From NCBI GenBank assembly GCA_022840825.1, contig JALHDB010000001.1, positions 54,059-118,058 of the forward strand: a stretch of 64,000 nt of DNA. The letters run 5' to 3'. The DNA is from Negativicutes bacterium. Lineage in GTDB: Bacteria > Bacillota > Negativicutes > JALHDB01. The notes below the pieces were generated by a model, which had not been told where the DNA came from, searched no databases, and saw only the letters and a program-made list of their open reading frames with translations. Position numbers and translations under genes: made by a program. Within the stretch, counting starts at the first letter, position 1; the number at the start of each line of letters is the position of its first letter. Positions 49,681-58,475 of the stretch are shown here, piece by piece.

Positions 49681-50460
49681 GTGAATTTTTTGCGCGGCAT
49701 GTTGTTACCGGTTGGAATCATTGCCTGTTGGTTTTCCTTGTCTAAATTGAATCAACTAAACAGCTTTTTGATTCCATCGCCTGCGGTTATATATCAAACG
49801 GCGATTTCTTTATTTTCCAGCGGAGTTTTGTTAAACCATATTTTAATCAGTCTTTATCGAGTATTGTTAGGTTTTGGCATAACTGTATTATTGGCTTTCC
49901 CTTTGGCAGTGCTGGTTGGATTACAACGAAATATTGAAAGGTATCTGAATCCTTTCTTGCATTTTTTGCGTCAAATTCCACCTATCGCTTGTATCCCGAT
50001 TATAATTTTATGGTTTGGGATTGGCGAAAAATCAAAACTGGTTGTTATCGTTCTTGCCGCATTTTTCCCAGTTTTTCTAAATTGTTTGGAAGGTTTTCTA
50101 AAATGTGACAACAAATTGATCGAGGTTGGAATTGCCTATGGTTTTAATAAGCATAAACGGTTTTTTCAGATTATGCTTCCAGCGGCCTTACCATCAATTA
50201 TATTAGGAATGCGGCTGGGTTTAGGCTATAGTTGGCGGGCCCTGATCGGCGCCGAGTTAATTGCTGCTTCATCGGGAATTGGTTATATGATCATTGAAGG
50301 AGAACAGATCTCCCGCCCGGATATTGTAATTGTCGGAATTGTGATGATAGGATTGTTTGGCTATCTGGTTGATTATATTTTTACTATTATATCCAATTGG
50401 TTAATGCCCTGGAGAGAGGAAGTTGATGATGGCAGTCGCAGTAATCAAAGGGCTGTGTAA
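49681..50460 (+). CDS. ABC transporter permease (nitrate/sulfonate/taurine family)
   Basis: 6 TM, EAA-like loop LGLGYSWRALIGAELIAA. Confidence 0.85.
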   Translation: MNFLRGMLLPVGIIACWFSLSKLNQLNSFLIPSPAVIYQTAISLFSSGVLLNHILISLYRVLLGFGITVLLAFPLAVLVGLQRNIERYLNPFLHFLRQIPPIACIPIIILWFGIGEKSKLVVIVLAAFFPVFLNCLEGFLKCDNKLIEVGIAYGFNKHKRFFQIMLPAALPSIILGMRLGLGYSWRALIGAELIAASSGIGYMIIEGEQISRPDIVIVGIVMIGLFGYLVDYIFTIISNWLMPWREEVDDGSRSNQRAV

Positions 50461-51154
50461 AACATACCGAATTGCTGGCAGAGAGATTAAAGCTTTGGCG
50501 GACATTAATTTACAACTGGAAAAAGATCGGATTATATCAATTGTCGGAAAAAGCGGCAGCGGCAAAACTACTCTGTTGCGGGTACTTATGGGGTTGGAAC
50601 CGAAATCTTGCGGAGAAATAGAATTTGGTTCTAAAAATGCCAAAATAGGAACTGTGTTTCAAGAGCCTAGACTAATGCCGTGGTTGACGGTAGAAGAGAA
50701 TATGGCCCTCGGATTTCAGGATTGCCTTAGTCTGACATTTAGGCAAGAACAACTATCTCACTATTTACAACTGTTGGGATTAGCGGATTTTAGAAAGGCT
50801 TATCCCCATCAGATATCCGGCGGTATGGCCCAGCGAACCGCTTTAGGGAGAGCGTTGTGTTATGATCCTGATATTATTTTGATGGATGAACCGCTTAGTG
50901 CTTTAGATGCATTCACCAGGCGCAAGCTGCAGCAAGATTTAGTAAATATTTTACTAGACAAGGCTAAGTCAGTATTATTTGTTACTCACGATATCGAAGA
51001 AGCTATTTATTTAGGAAGTAAAGTGATCGTTATGGATCAAGGAAGGAAGATCCGGGAGTTTCTAGTACCGTTTTCTTATCCGCGAAACCGTGCTGATGCT
51101 GCCTTTTATGGACTGCGTAATGAAATTATGCAACTATTAGAGCTGATTAACTAA
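50426..51154 (+). CDS. ABC transporter ATP-binding protein (sulfonate/nitrate family)
   Basis: Walker A GKSGSGKTT, signature ISGGMAQR, Walker B ILMDEPLSALD. Confidence 0.9.
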   Translation: MMAVAVIKGLCKTYRIAGREIKALADINLQLEKDRIISIVGKSGSGKTTLLRVLMGLEPKSCGEIEFGSKNAKIGTVFQEPRLMPWLTVEENMALGFQDCLSLTFRQEQLSHYLQLLGLADFRKAYPHQISGGMAQRTALGRALCYDPDIILMDEPLSALDAFTRRKLQQDLVNILLDKAKSVLFVTHDIEEAIYLGSKVIVMDQGRKIREFLVPFSYPRNRADAAFYGLRNEIMQLLELIN

Positions 51155-51167
51155 GGGAGATGATTGC

Positions 51168-52115
51168 ATGAAAAAACAGATTTCAATTATTATGATATTG
51201 ATAATATCTTTGCTGGCCTTCGGCTGTCAGTCTAAACCAACGGGAGTAAATTCAGTCAATGTGATCAGAATTTCATATGTAAAATTGCCGTTAAATATTC
51301 CTTCAATCATTGAAAAAGAGTTAAAAATGTTTGAACAAGAGTTTACAACAGATAAAATTAGAATCGAATTCCCGGAAATAACGGCAGGACCAAAGATGAC
51401 GGAGGCTATGGCTGCGGGTTCATTGGACTTTTGTAATGCGTTAGGCGGAACTTCAGCGATACTAGCTGCAGCCAACGGTGTTGATTTAAAGATTATTGGT
51501 GTATATAGCCGGGCGCCGCGGGCATTTGTAATTATGACTAATAATCCGGCAGTAAAAAGTGTAAAAGATTTAAAAGGTAAGAACATTGCCGGCCCCAAAG
51601 GCACAATTCTCCACCAGTTATTGTTGGCTGCGCAACAAAAAAATGGTCTGAATGCCGGTGAAATAAGGTTTGTTAATATGGGAATTCCTGCGGCGGTGTC
51701 GGCGATGCTATCAGGCAACGTTGAAGCCGCGCTGGTTGCAGGTCCGGCAGTTGTAAAAGCGGCTCAAGCCGGTGCGCGAATTATAGAAGACGGTGACGGA
51801 TTACTTGATGCTACAATTGTAATTGCCGTAAGGGGAGAGTTCTTGAAACAGCATCCTGACTTAGTAAAACGTTATATGAAAGTACATAATCGCAGCTTGC
51901 AATATATGAAGAATAATATGGACAAAACATTGCAACTGGCCGCGGATGAAACCCAGATACCGCTGGAGGACGTTAAAAGTATGATTGAGTGGTATGACTT
52001 TAATCCCAAAATTACGGAACGGGATATCAACGAATTGAAAAAAACGCAAGAGTTTTTAGTTCAAAATGGATTGCTTACCAAAAAGATAGACATAAAAACA
52101 ATACTGTCAGATTGA
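51168..52115 (+). CDS. ABC transporter substrate-binding lipoprotein (NMT1/SsuA-like)
   Basis: Lipobox LLAFGC, periplasmic-binding-protein pattern; last gene of the ABC operon. Confidence 0.8.
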   Translation: MKKQISIIMILIISLLAFGCQSKPTGVNSVNVIRISYVKLPLNIPSIIEKELKMFEQEFTTDKIRIEFPEITAGPKMTEAMAAGSLDFCNALGGTSAILAAANGVDLKIIGVYSRAPRAFVIMTNNPAVKSVKDLKGKNIAGPKGTILHQLLLAAQQKNGLNAGEIRFVNMGIPAAVSAMLSGNVEAALVAGPAVVKAAQAGARIIEDGDGLLDATIVIAVRGEFLKQHPDLVKRYMKVHNRSLQYMKNNMDKTLQLAADETQIPLEDVKSMIEWYDFNPKITERDINELKKTQEFLVQNGLLTKKIDIKTILSD

Positions 52116-52158
52116 AATGATAAACTGGGTCTGAATGTTTAGAAGGAGGGTCGCAGTA

Positions 52159-53376
52159 ATGACCAGCTATAGTGGTTACCGAACTCATATCGTAATTGCG
52201 GGAAAAAGGAACGTTGGTAAATCTTCAACTATTAATGCCCTAGTGGGTCAGGATGTTGCAATTGTATCAGAGTACCCGGGGACAACAACTGATCCTGTTT
52301 ATAAGATTATGGAATTGGCGCCGCTTGGACCGGTAACCATTATTGATACGCCGGGAATCGATGATCAAGGAAGCATTGGTGAATTGCGAGTTTCACGAGC
52401 AAAGCGAGCATTTTATAAAGCCGATATCGCAATACTTGTGGTGGATGATCAGCCTAGCGAATATGAACAATTTATTGCTGAGCAATTTGCTAACATGAAA
52501 ATACCGTATATTATTGCTGTAAATAAAATTGATCAGGCTCAGCAACGGTTAGCTGATGGCTATTTTGAATTGTTTCATGTCCCTGTTATCGAACTGTCTG
52601 CCAAGACAGGTGAAGGCATTGAAGAACTAAAACAGGCTGTTGCGGAGAATCTTCCGCCAATAGATGATATACCATATTTACCTGATGGCGTAAGCGCTGG
52701 TGATTTTGTTGTTATGGTGGTTCCAATTGATTTAGGAGCTCCCAAAGGACGGCTCATAATGCCGCAAGTAGTGGCGATTCGCGAAACAATAGACCGTGAG
52801 TCAGTTGCAATGGTAGTCAAAGAAAGAGAACTGCGATATGCGCTGGATAACTTAGCTGTTAAACCCAAGTTGGTTATTACTGATTCGCAAGCAATTATGA
52901 AAGTTGCTGCAGATGTACCTGAAGATATTTTATTGACGACTTTCTCGGTACTTGAAGCACGGCATAAAGGGGACTTGCGGATATTGACCGAAAGCGTAGC
53001 AGCGGTTGAGGACCTTGATGACGGGGATCTAGTTGTTATAATGGAAGGCTGTTCACATCGTCCACTTACCGAGGATATTGGAAGAATAAAAATTCCGCGC
53101 TGGTTGACCAACCATACCGGCAAGTCCTTGCAATTTAAAATAATTCCCGGGAAAGAAGTTATTGAACCGGAAGACATCGAACAGGCGAAAGTAGTTGTCC
53201 ACTGTGGCGGATGCACCTTGACAAGGGCAATGATGACGCGCAGAATTCGCTCAGTAGCTCGGTTAGGAGTTCCTATTGTGAATTATGGCATATTGATTTC
53301 ATATTTGCACGGCGTATTACCGCGCGTAATTCAGCCGTTTGATGAGGTGGCCGATCTTGCAGCGAATAGAAACTGA
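52159..53376 (+). CDS. hydF: [FeFe]-hydrogenase maturation GTPase HydF
   Basis: G1 GKRNVGKSS, DTPG, NKID; C-terminal cluster motif CSHRP ... HCGGC; start moved to ATG 52159 behind AAGGAGGG. Confidence 0.85.
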   Translation: MTSYSGYRTHIVIAGKRNVGKSSTINALVGQDVAIVSEYPGTTTDPVYKIMELAPLGPVTIIDTPGIDDQGSIGELRVSRAKRAFYKADIAILVVDDQPSEYEQFIAEQFANMKIPYIIAVNKIDQAQQRLADGYFELFHVPVIELSAKTGEGIEELKQAVAENLPPIDDIPYLPDGVSAGDFVVMVVPIDLGAPKGRLIMPQVVAIRETIDRESVAMVVKERELRYALDNLAVKPKLVITDSQAIMKVAADVPEDILLTTFSVLEARHKGDLRILTESVAAVEDLDDGDLVVIMEGCSHRPLTEDIGRIKIPRWLTNHTGKSLQFKIIPGKEVIEPEDIEQAKVVVHCGGCTLTRAMMTRRIRSVARLGVPIVNYGILISYLHGVLPRVIQPFDEVADLAANRN

Positions 53377-54745
53377 TTTTATGGGAAATATTAACATTGA
53401 GACTGAAGCATATTATGGCATACATGCCGTTCGAGCCCAAAAAAACTTTCCGCCCACCGGCGAGAAGTTTAATCAAGCCTTTTTGCATAGTTATTTTATG
53501 ATAAAAAAGGCTTGTGCGCTGTTGAATAGCAGATTAGGTTATTTAGATCAAACTAAAGCTCAAGCGATTATTAAGGCCTGTGATGACATTGAACTACTTT
53601 ACAGCAATATTATTGTTGATCCGTTAGCCGGTGGAGCTGGGACTTCACTTAATATGAATATTAATGAAGTTATTGCCAACCGTGCTGGTGAATACTTGGG
53701 TTATGAAAAAGGCAGCTATGTGATTGATCCTATCCAAGATGTAAATCTACATCAGTCCACTAATGATACCTTTGTTACGGCAGGTAAAATGGCTGTTATG
53801 ATTACTTTGCAGGAACTGGTGGAAGCCGTCATAGCTTGTCAAAATGCCATTCAACACAAAGAAAGAGAATATGGTAATATTAGAAAAATCGCCAGAACAC
53901 AGCTTATGGATGCCGTGCCGATTTTGTTTGGACAAACTTTTGGTGCTTGGGCAGAAGCCCTTTCCCGTGACCGGTGGCGGCTGTATAAAGTTGAGGAAAG
54001 AATTCGCTCGGTTAATCTTGGCGGAACTGCTGTCGGTAATGGAATTGGGTCAGCCAGGGAGTTTATCTTGTCAATTACCGAGGAATTAAGAAAAGTATCC
54101 AATTTGAGAATTGCCAAAGCGGAAAATCTGGTTGATGCTACCCAAAACTTAGATGTGTTTGTTGAAATATGCGGTCTGCTAAAGGCGTTATCCGTAAATT
54201 TAAACAAAATAGCTAACGATATTAGGTTATTAGGGTCCGGTCCGAATACGGCTATTGGCGAAATAAAGTTGCCCAGAATCCAGGCTGGTAGTTCAATTAT
54301 GCCCGGAAAAGTAAATCCAGTTGTACCGGAGTATGTTATTCAGATTTGTTTTGCCGTATCTTCCCACGAATTTGCTGTCAGCAGTGCTGCTGCTAATGGG
54401 AACTTAGAATTAAATGCCTTTGCTCCGGTCGTCGTACATTATACCTTAAAATCTATATTTTTGCTGCGGCAAGCTCTACAGGCGTTAACACCGTATATTG
54501 CTGAAATAACAGTAGATACAATTAAGTGTCGACAGCATTTGGAGCAATCTACAGCAATATTGACTCCGCTTATTAATCATTTCGGCCATGATGCAGTATC
54601 TCAAATCATTGTCCAACAAAACTATAACATCGTGGAAATTATTGCAGAGCTTGCCCAGGTTTTTAAAGTCGAAACTAAGGATATCTATGAAATTTTAGAT
54701 GAAAAAAATAATACTGGTTTAGGAAAAATAAATAAAAATTTTTAA
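53342..54745 (+). CDS. Aspartate ammonia-lyase / class II fumarase family lyase
   Basis: Signature GSSIMPGKVNP, TQLMDAVP, HQSTND. The N-terminus RIETDFMG...YYGIHAVRAQKNF requires a start overlapping the hydF 3' end. Confidence 0.8.
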   Translation: MRWPILQRIETDFMGNINIETEAYYGIHAVRAQKNFPPTGEKFNQAFLHSYFMIKKACALLNSRLGYLDQTKAQAIIKACDDIELLYSNIIVDPLAGGAGTSLNMNINEVIANRAGEYLGYEKGSYVIDPIQDVNLHQSTNDTFVTAGKMAVMITLQELVEAVIACQNAIQHKEREYGNIRKIARTQLMDAVPILFGQTFGAWAEALSRDRWRLYKVEERIRSVNLGGTAVGNGIGSAREFILSITEELRKVSNLRIAKAENLVDATQNLDVFVEICGLLKALSVNLNKIANDIRLLGSGPNTAIGEIKLPRIQAGSSIMPGKVNPVVPEYVIQICFAVSSHEFAVSSAAANGNLELNAFAPVVVHYTLKSIFLLRQALQALTPYIAEITVDTIKCRQHLEQSTAILTPLINHFGHDAVSQIIVQQNYNIVEIIAELAQVFKVETKDIYEILDEKNNTGLGKINKNF

Positions 54746-54829
54746 GAAAACTATACAAAAACAGAAAAAAATGGGTTATAATGGATATTGCATTGAGTTT
54801 TTATTAGTTGGAAGGAAGCGAACAAAGTA

Positions 54830-55012
54830 ATGACGGAACATTTGCTGAGAAAAATTGATCAATTACGCCAAAAATTGCATTATATTGCTAATATAAAAGG
54901 TATATCGCATCCGGAGGTATTAGCTGTTAGCAAGAAGTTGGATACGGTGATCCTGCAATATCAGCTTATATGCATTGGACGAGATGTAGAGAATAATGAA
55001 GTATCGGTATAG
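54830..55012 (+). CDS. Spo0E-family aspartyl-phosphate phosphatase-like regulator
   Basis: 60 aa; IDQLRQKL......G.SHPEVLAVSKKLDTVILQYQ pattern. Confidence 0.7.
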   Translation: MTEHLLRKIDQLRQKLHYIANIKGISHPEVLAVSKKLDTVILQYQLICIGRDVENNEVSV

Positions 55013-55055
55013 ACCAAGAGGAGCCGCTTATTAATTTAAGCGACTCCTCTTGGTC
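55012..55055 (+). terminator. Hairpin terminator after the spo0E-like gene
   Basis: GACCAAGAGGAG.CGCTTA...TAAGCG.CTCCTCTTGGTC long stem. Confidence 0.7.
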
Positions 55056-55092
55056 GTTATTTCGGCGTTGTTCCAAACCCGAAATAGGAGGT

Positions 55093-55239
55093 TTATTCAT
55101 CCATCATTTCTCTGAACATGAATCTAGCGGTGTGGTAGATTAAAGCACCTGCTGCTACGATTTTGATTGTAGACATCATATCCATGTCGGCATCCATATT
55201 CATCCCCATGATAGAATGATGTTTTCTTCTAAAAAACAT
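55093..55239 (-). CDS. Possible 48-aa Met/Asp-rich peptide
   Basis: GGGAGGTGG RBS; MFFRRKHHSIMGMNMDADMDMMSTIKIVAAGALIYHTARFMFREMMDE; below the ORF-track cut-off. Confidence 0.35.
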   Translation of the reverse strand: MFFRRKHHSIMGMNMDADMDMMSTIKIVAAGALIYHTARFMFREMMDE

Positions 55240-55326
55240 ATAGCCACCTCCCTACAAATAGCTTTTCCGAAAAGTATATTAAAAATATATGGAAAATTTA
55301 TCTTTATACTGATAACATAGGGTAGA

Positions 55327-55374
55327 GCAAAAAGTGAGGATCGGCCACTACTAAAATGACCGATCCTCGTTTTA
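55327..55374 (-). terminator. Terminator downstream of the repeat-protein genes
   Basis: GAGGATCGG...CCGATCCTC stem with T-run on the minus strand. Confidence 0.7.
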
Positions 55375-55424
55375 TATTACTTTGTCTATTGTTCTTGTTC
55401 TAAGATCGCTTTTTCTATGTGAGT

Positions 55425-56042
55425 TTAGTAAACAAAACCGTTTGAACCAAACTGTACACGTGAACCGGCCCGGTGAGTTCTGTATTTACCAGGGGCATAA
55501 TATAGGTTGGTATTGTATCTGAGAATACCGGAATATATATACCCGTCATTGCGGAAGGATACTGGATAGCCGGCTTGGAAGGTTGTATAGCTGCCCGGTT
55601 TGAAATATAGGTTGGTGTCATAACGGAGAACTCCGGAACGTACAAAGCCGCTTTGCCTAAATGCTACGCTGTGAAAGGCCTTGAAGGTCGTATAACTGCC
55701 GGGTTTAAAGTATAGGTTGGTATCATAACGAAGTACTCCAGAATCTACATAACCGTCATTGCCGAAATTTACAGTTGTTCCGGCTCTAAAAGTTGTATAA
55801 CTGCCTGGTTTAAAATATAAGTTGGTATCATAACGTAATACCCCGGATTTTACATAGCCTCTACCATCTACATAAGCGTTCGTTCCAGCCTTAAAAGTGG
55901 TATAAGAACCTGGTTTAAAATAGAGGTTTGTATCACTTCTTAAATACTTGGAAGCCGCTTCTGCTTGAGGATTGTTTACAAATTGTAAGCTAATGGCTAT
56001 TATAAACAGAAGAATCGAAAAATACACTAATTTTCTTTTCAT
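55425..56042 (-). CDS. Secreted protein built from five 33-aa repeats (paralogue 2)
   Basis: Signal peptide ending AEA/AS, then a repeated unit GVLRYDTNLYFKPGSYTTF.AG.....GYV.S; start moved to ATG 56042 (ORF track 56153). Confidence 0.7.
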   Translation of the reverse strand: MKRKLVYFSILLFIIAISLQFVNNPQAEAASKYLRSDTNLYFKPGSYTTFKAGTNAYVDGRGYVKSGVLRYDTNLYFKPGSYTTFRAGTTVNFGNDGYVDSGVLRYDTNLYFKPGSYTTFKAFHSVAFRQSGFVRSGVLRYDTNLYFKPGSYTTFQAGYPVSFRNDGYIYSGILRYNTNLYYAPGKYRTHRAGSRVQFGSNGFVY

Positions 56043-56161
56043 AATTAATCCACTTCCCTTCGATAGTTTGTTAATAATATTGTAATTAATTGTTCCAAAA
56101 AAGTGAATCATCCTTGCGGGTGGACGAAGGGGGGATTTTATACAAAAAAGCAAATTAGGTA

Positions 56162-56788
56162 CTAATATACATAGCCGTTGGATTTAAACGTTACTCGTCT
56201 TCCGCCGCTATAAGTCCGATAGCGGCCGGGCTGATAATAAAGATTGGTATTGTGGTTAAGTATACCGGAATGTATATAGCCGTTAGAGTAAAAGTTTACG
56301 CGATGGCCTCCTCTGAAGGTTGTATAATGGCCGGGTTTATAATAAAGATTGGTATTACGATAAAGAGTACCGGAATTGATATAGCCATAATTATTAAAAG
56401 ATACGCCATATCCTGCTCTAAAGGTTGTATAGTGTCCGCTGCGATAATAAAGATTAGTATTGCTATACAGTACTCCGGATTGTACATAGCCATTGTTAGC
56501 GAATCTTATATTGGTGCCGCCTCTAAAAGTTGTGTAATGACCAGGCTTATAATACAGATTAGTGTTGCGTGCTAATACACCGGATCTAACATAGCCGCGG
56601 TTATCAAGGTATGCGGTTGTTCCTCCTCTAAACGTAGCGTAATGTCCTGACCGGTAATAGAGATTAGTGTTATTGCGCAAATATTTGGAGGCGGCTTCAA
56701 CCTGGCTGGTGACTACAAATTGAAAGCCAATACTTACAGTTAATAACATAACCAATAAACAAACCCATCTTTTAGTTGCAATTTTCAT
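56162..56788 (-). CDS. Secreted protein built from five 33-aa repeats (paralogue 1)
   Basis: Signal peptide ending VEA/AS; NTNLYY(K/R)(P/S)GHYTTFRGG....F..NGY(V/I).SGVL repeated five times. Confidence 0.7.
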   Translation of the reverse strand: MKIATKRWVCLLVMLLTVSIGFQFVVTSQVEAASKYLRNNTNLYYRSGHYATFRGGTTAYLDNRGYVRSGVLARNTNLYYKPGHYTTFRGGTNIRFANNGYVQSGVLYSNTNLYYRSGHYTTFRAGYGVSFNNYGYINSGTLYRNTNLYYKPGHYTTFRGGHRVNFYSNGYIHSGILNHNTNLYYQPGRYRTYSGGRRVTFKSNGYVY

Positions 56789-56960
56789 AAAATACCCCTC
56801 TCTTATTAGAAATTGTCAAATTTAATTACTTTAATTATAATTTAAAAAAATAAAAAAATAAATCATCCCTTTAGGATGATTTTAAGGGATGACTTTAAGA
56901 CGATTACTCATTAATCTATGTTAAAATTAAATAAATTATGCAGTTTAGGAGGAAGACAGG

Positions 56961-57950
56961 ATGAAGTTCAAATGTCAGGAGTGTAGCAGTATTTATCCGC
57001 TTAATGGTCTTAAGTATCAATGTGACTGCGGAGGGCTGTTTCAATTATTAAAGGAACCTGGTGAAAAGGTTAATTGTACAGTTTCGCTGGGTGAAGTTGA
57101 AACCCCGGTTTTAAACAGAATGATCACTGGAATAAATTTCGCACTTAAATTGGATTATATGATGCCAACTGGCTCTTTTAAAGATAGAGGGGCTTATATT
57201 TTAGTAAACCAATTAAAGGAACTTGGTATTAAAGAGGTAGTTGAGGATTCTTCCGGAAATGCGGGGTCGGCAATTGCGGCATATTGTGCGGCAGCCGGAA
57301 TTAAGTGTCATATATATCTGCCGGAAAGCACTTCGCCGGGTAAAATTAAACAAATTAATGCCTATAATGCTGCTGTAGTAAAAGTCCCCGGCTCTAGGGA
57401 TGATACGGCAAAAGCAATAAAGAAAGCGGCTGAACATACTTACTATGCTTCACATGTGTATAATCCGCTGTTTTTTGAAGGCACGAAATCAATTGCCTAT
57501 GAGATCTATAACCAAATTGGAGTACCTGATTATATTGTTGTACCGGTTGGCAATGGAACCATGCTGCTGGGAGTATATAACGGATTTGCTGAGATCGGCA
57601 TTTTGCCTAGAATTATCGCTGTTCAAAGCGAAAACTGTGCACCAATATATAATAAAGTTGCCAAACAAGAGGGTTATAGATATCAGCCAACAGTAGCTGA
57701 GGGAATTGCGGTCCAAACACCAATGCGCATCGATGAAATTATTGCTGCAGTACAAAAAAGTGACGGAAAATTTGTTACTGTAACTGATGAGCAAGTTATC
57801 AGTGCCCAATCAATTCTTAATTCAATGGGGATTTATGTTGAACCTACTGCTGGCGCCGCATTAGCGGGTGGGATACATTATTTTAAAAACGGTTATAATC
57901 CTGATCTGAAGATCGTGGTTCCTTTAACCGGAACTGGTTTAAAAAAATAA
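56961..57950 (+). CDS. Threonine-synthase-like PLP enzyme with N-terminal zinc ribbon
   Basis: CQEC...CDCGG ribbon; PLP-lysine motif PTGSFKDRGA; glycine loop VPVGNGT. Confidence 0.7.
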   Translation: MKFKCQECSSIYPLNGLKYQCDCGGLFQLLKEPGEKVNCTVSLGEVETPVLNRMITGINFALKLDYMMPTGSFKDRGAYILVNQLKELGIKEVVEDSSGNAGSAIAAYCAAAGIKCHIYLPESTSPGKIKQINAYNAAVVKVPGSRDDTAKAIKKAAEHTYYASHVYNPLFFEGTKSIAYEIYNQIGVPDYIVVPVGNGTMLLGVYNGFAEIGILPRIIAVQSENCAPIYNKVAKQEGYRYQPTVAEGIAVQTPMRIDEIIAAVQKSDGKFVTVTDEQVISAQSILNSMGIYVEPTAGAALAGGIHYFKNGYNPDLKIVVPLTGTGLKK

Positions 57951-57986
57951 TACAAACAAAGGTTCGATTTTTGCGCCAAAATCCTT

Positions 57987-58035
57987 GAACATATGTTTGG
58001 TTTGTGATACCATATCTTTAAACAAACATTTGTTC
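57987..58035. promoter_or_regulatory. Two LexA (Cheo) box-like palindromes
   Basis: GAACATATGTTT at 57987-57998 and AAACATTTGTTC at 58024-58035, compared with the Firmicute consensus GAAC-N4-GTTC. Confidence 0.5.
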
Positions 58036-58040
58036 GAGGA

Positions 58041-58316
58041 GTGATGGTCGTGCGAGTACTGGCTGTATTAATAATTAGTCTGATATTATGGTATAATTTC
58101 AATATTCAAGAATCCTATGCATATTCTGCTAATCAATACTTAACGATATATGTTGAATCAGGAGATTCGGTCTGGAGTATTGCTCGGAGGCATGTACAAG
58201 CTAATGAAGATATTCGCGAACTGATGTATCGAATTCGCATAGCAAATAATTTAGATGCATCTGCAACTGTTTTTCCGGGGCAGTCATTGCGTGTTCCGAT
58301 AAGAATATACCGATAA
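58041..58316 (+). CDS. Small TM plus LysM protein, YneA-like candidate SOS cell-division inhibitor
   Basis: N-terminal TM (VLAVLIISLILWY), LysM motif YVESGDSVWSIARRH...IRIANNL.....FPGQSLRVP; true start may be GTG 58050. Confidence 0.65.
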   Translation: MMVVRVLAVLIISLILWYNFNIQESYAYSANQYLTIYVESGDSVWSIARRHVQANEDIRELMYRIRIANNLDASATVFPGQSLRVPIRIYR

Positions 58317-58331
58317 GTTCGAGATAATTAG

Positions 58332-58366
58332 TAATTGCCTATTTGCCATAGGCAATTATTTTTTTC
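58332..58366 (+). terminator. Rho-independent terminator
   Basis: TAATTGCCTAT-ttgcc-ATAGGCAATTA plus T7. Confidence 0.85.
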
Positions 58367-58475
58367 TAGGACTTTAAGCCCGATTTTTAGATATAAAGGG
58401 CGAAATAAGAAGGTAATTGGCGATTTTTGGGCGAATTGCATGAAAACAGTCTGAATGCAGGAGTGAATTGGCAAG

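Noticed and set aside
52575-53216. 213-aa minus-strand ORF
   Set aside because: It is antisense to hydF, which has clear GTPase and Fe-S motifs. Its translation is Ser/Thr-rich and low in complexity.
55440-56780. Nucleotide tandem repeat or satellite of about 99 bp, with several ORFs on the plus strand (for example 56252-56575)
   Set aside because: The periodicity is explained by the 33-aa protein repeats of the two minus-strand genes. The plus-strand ORFs are shadows.
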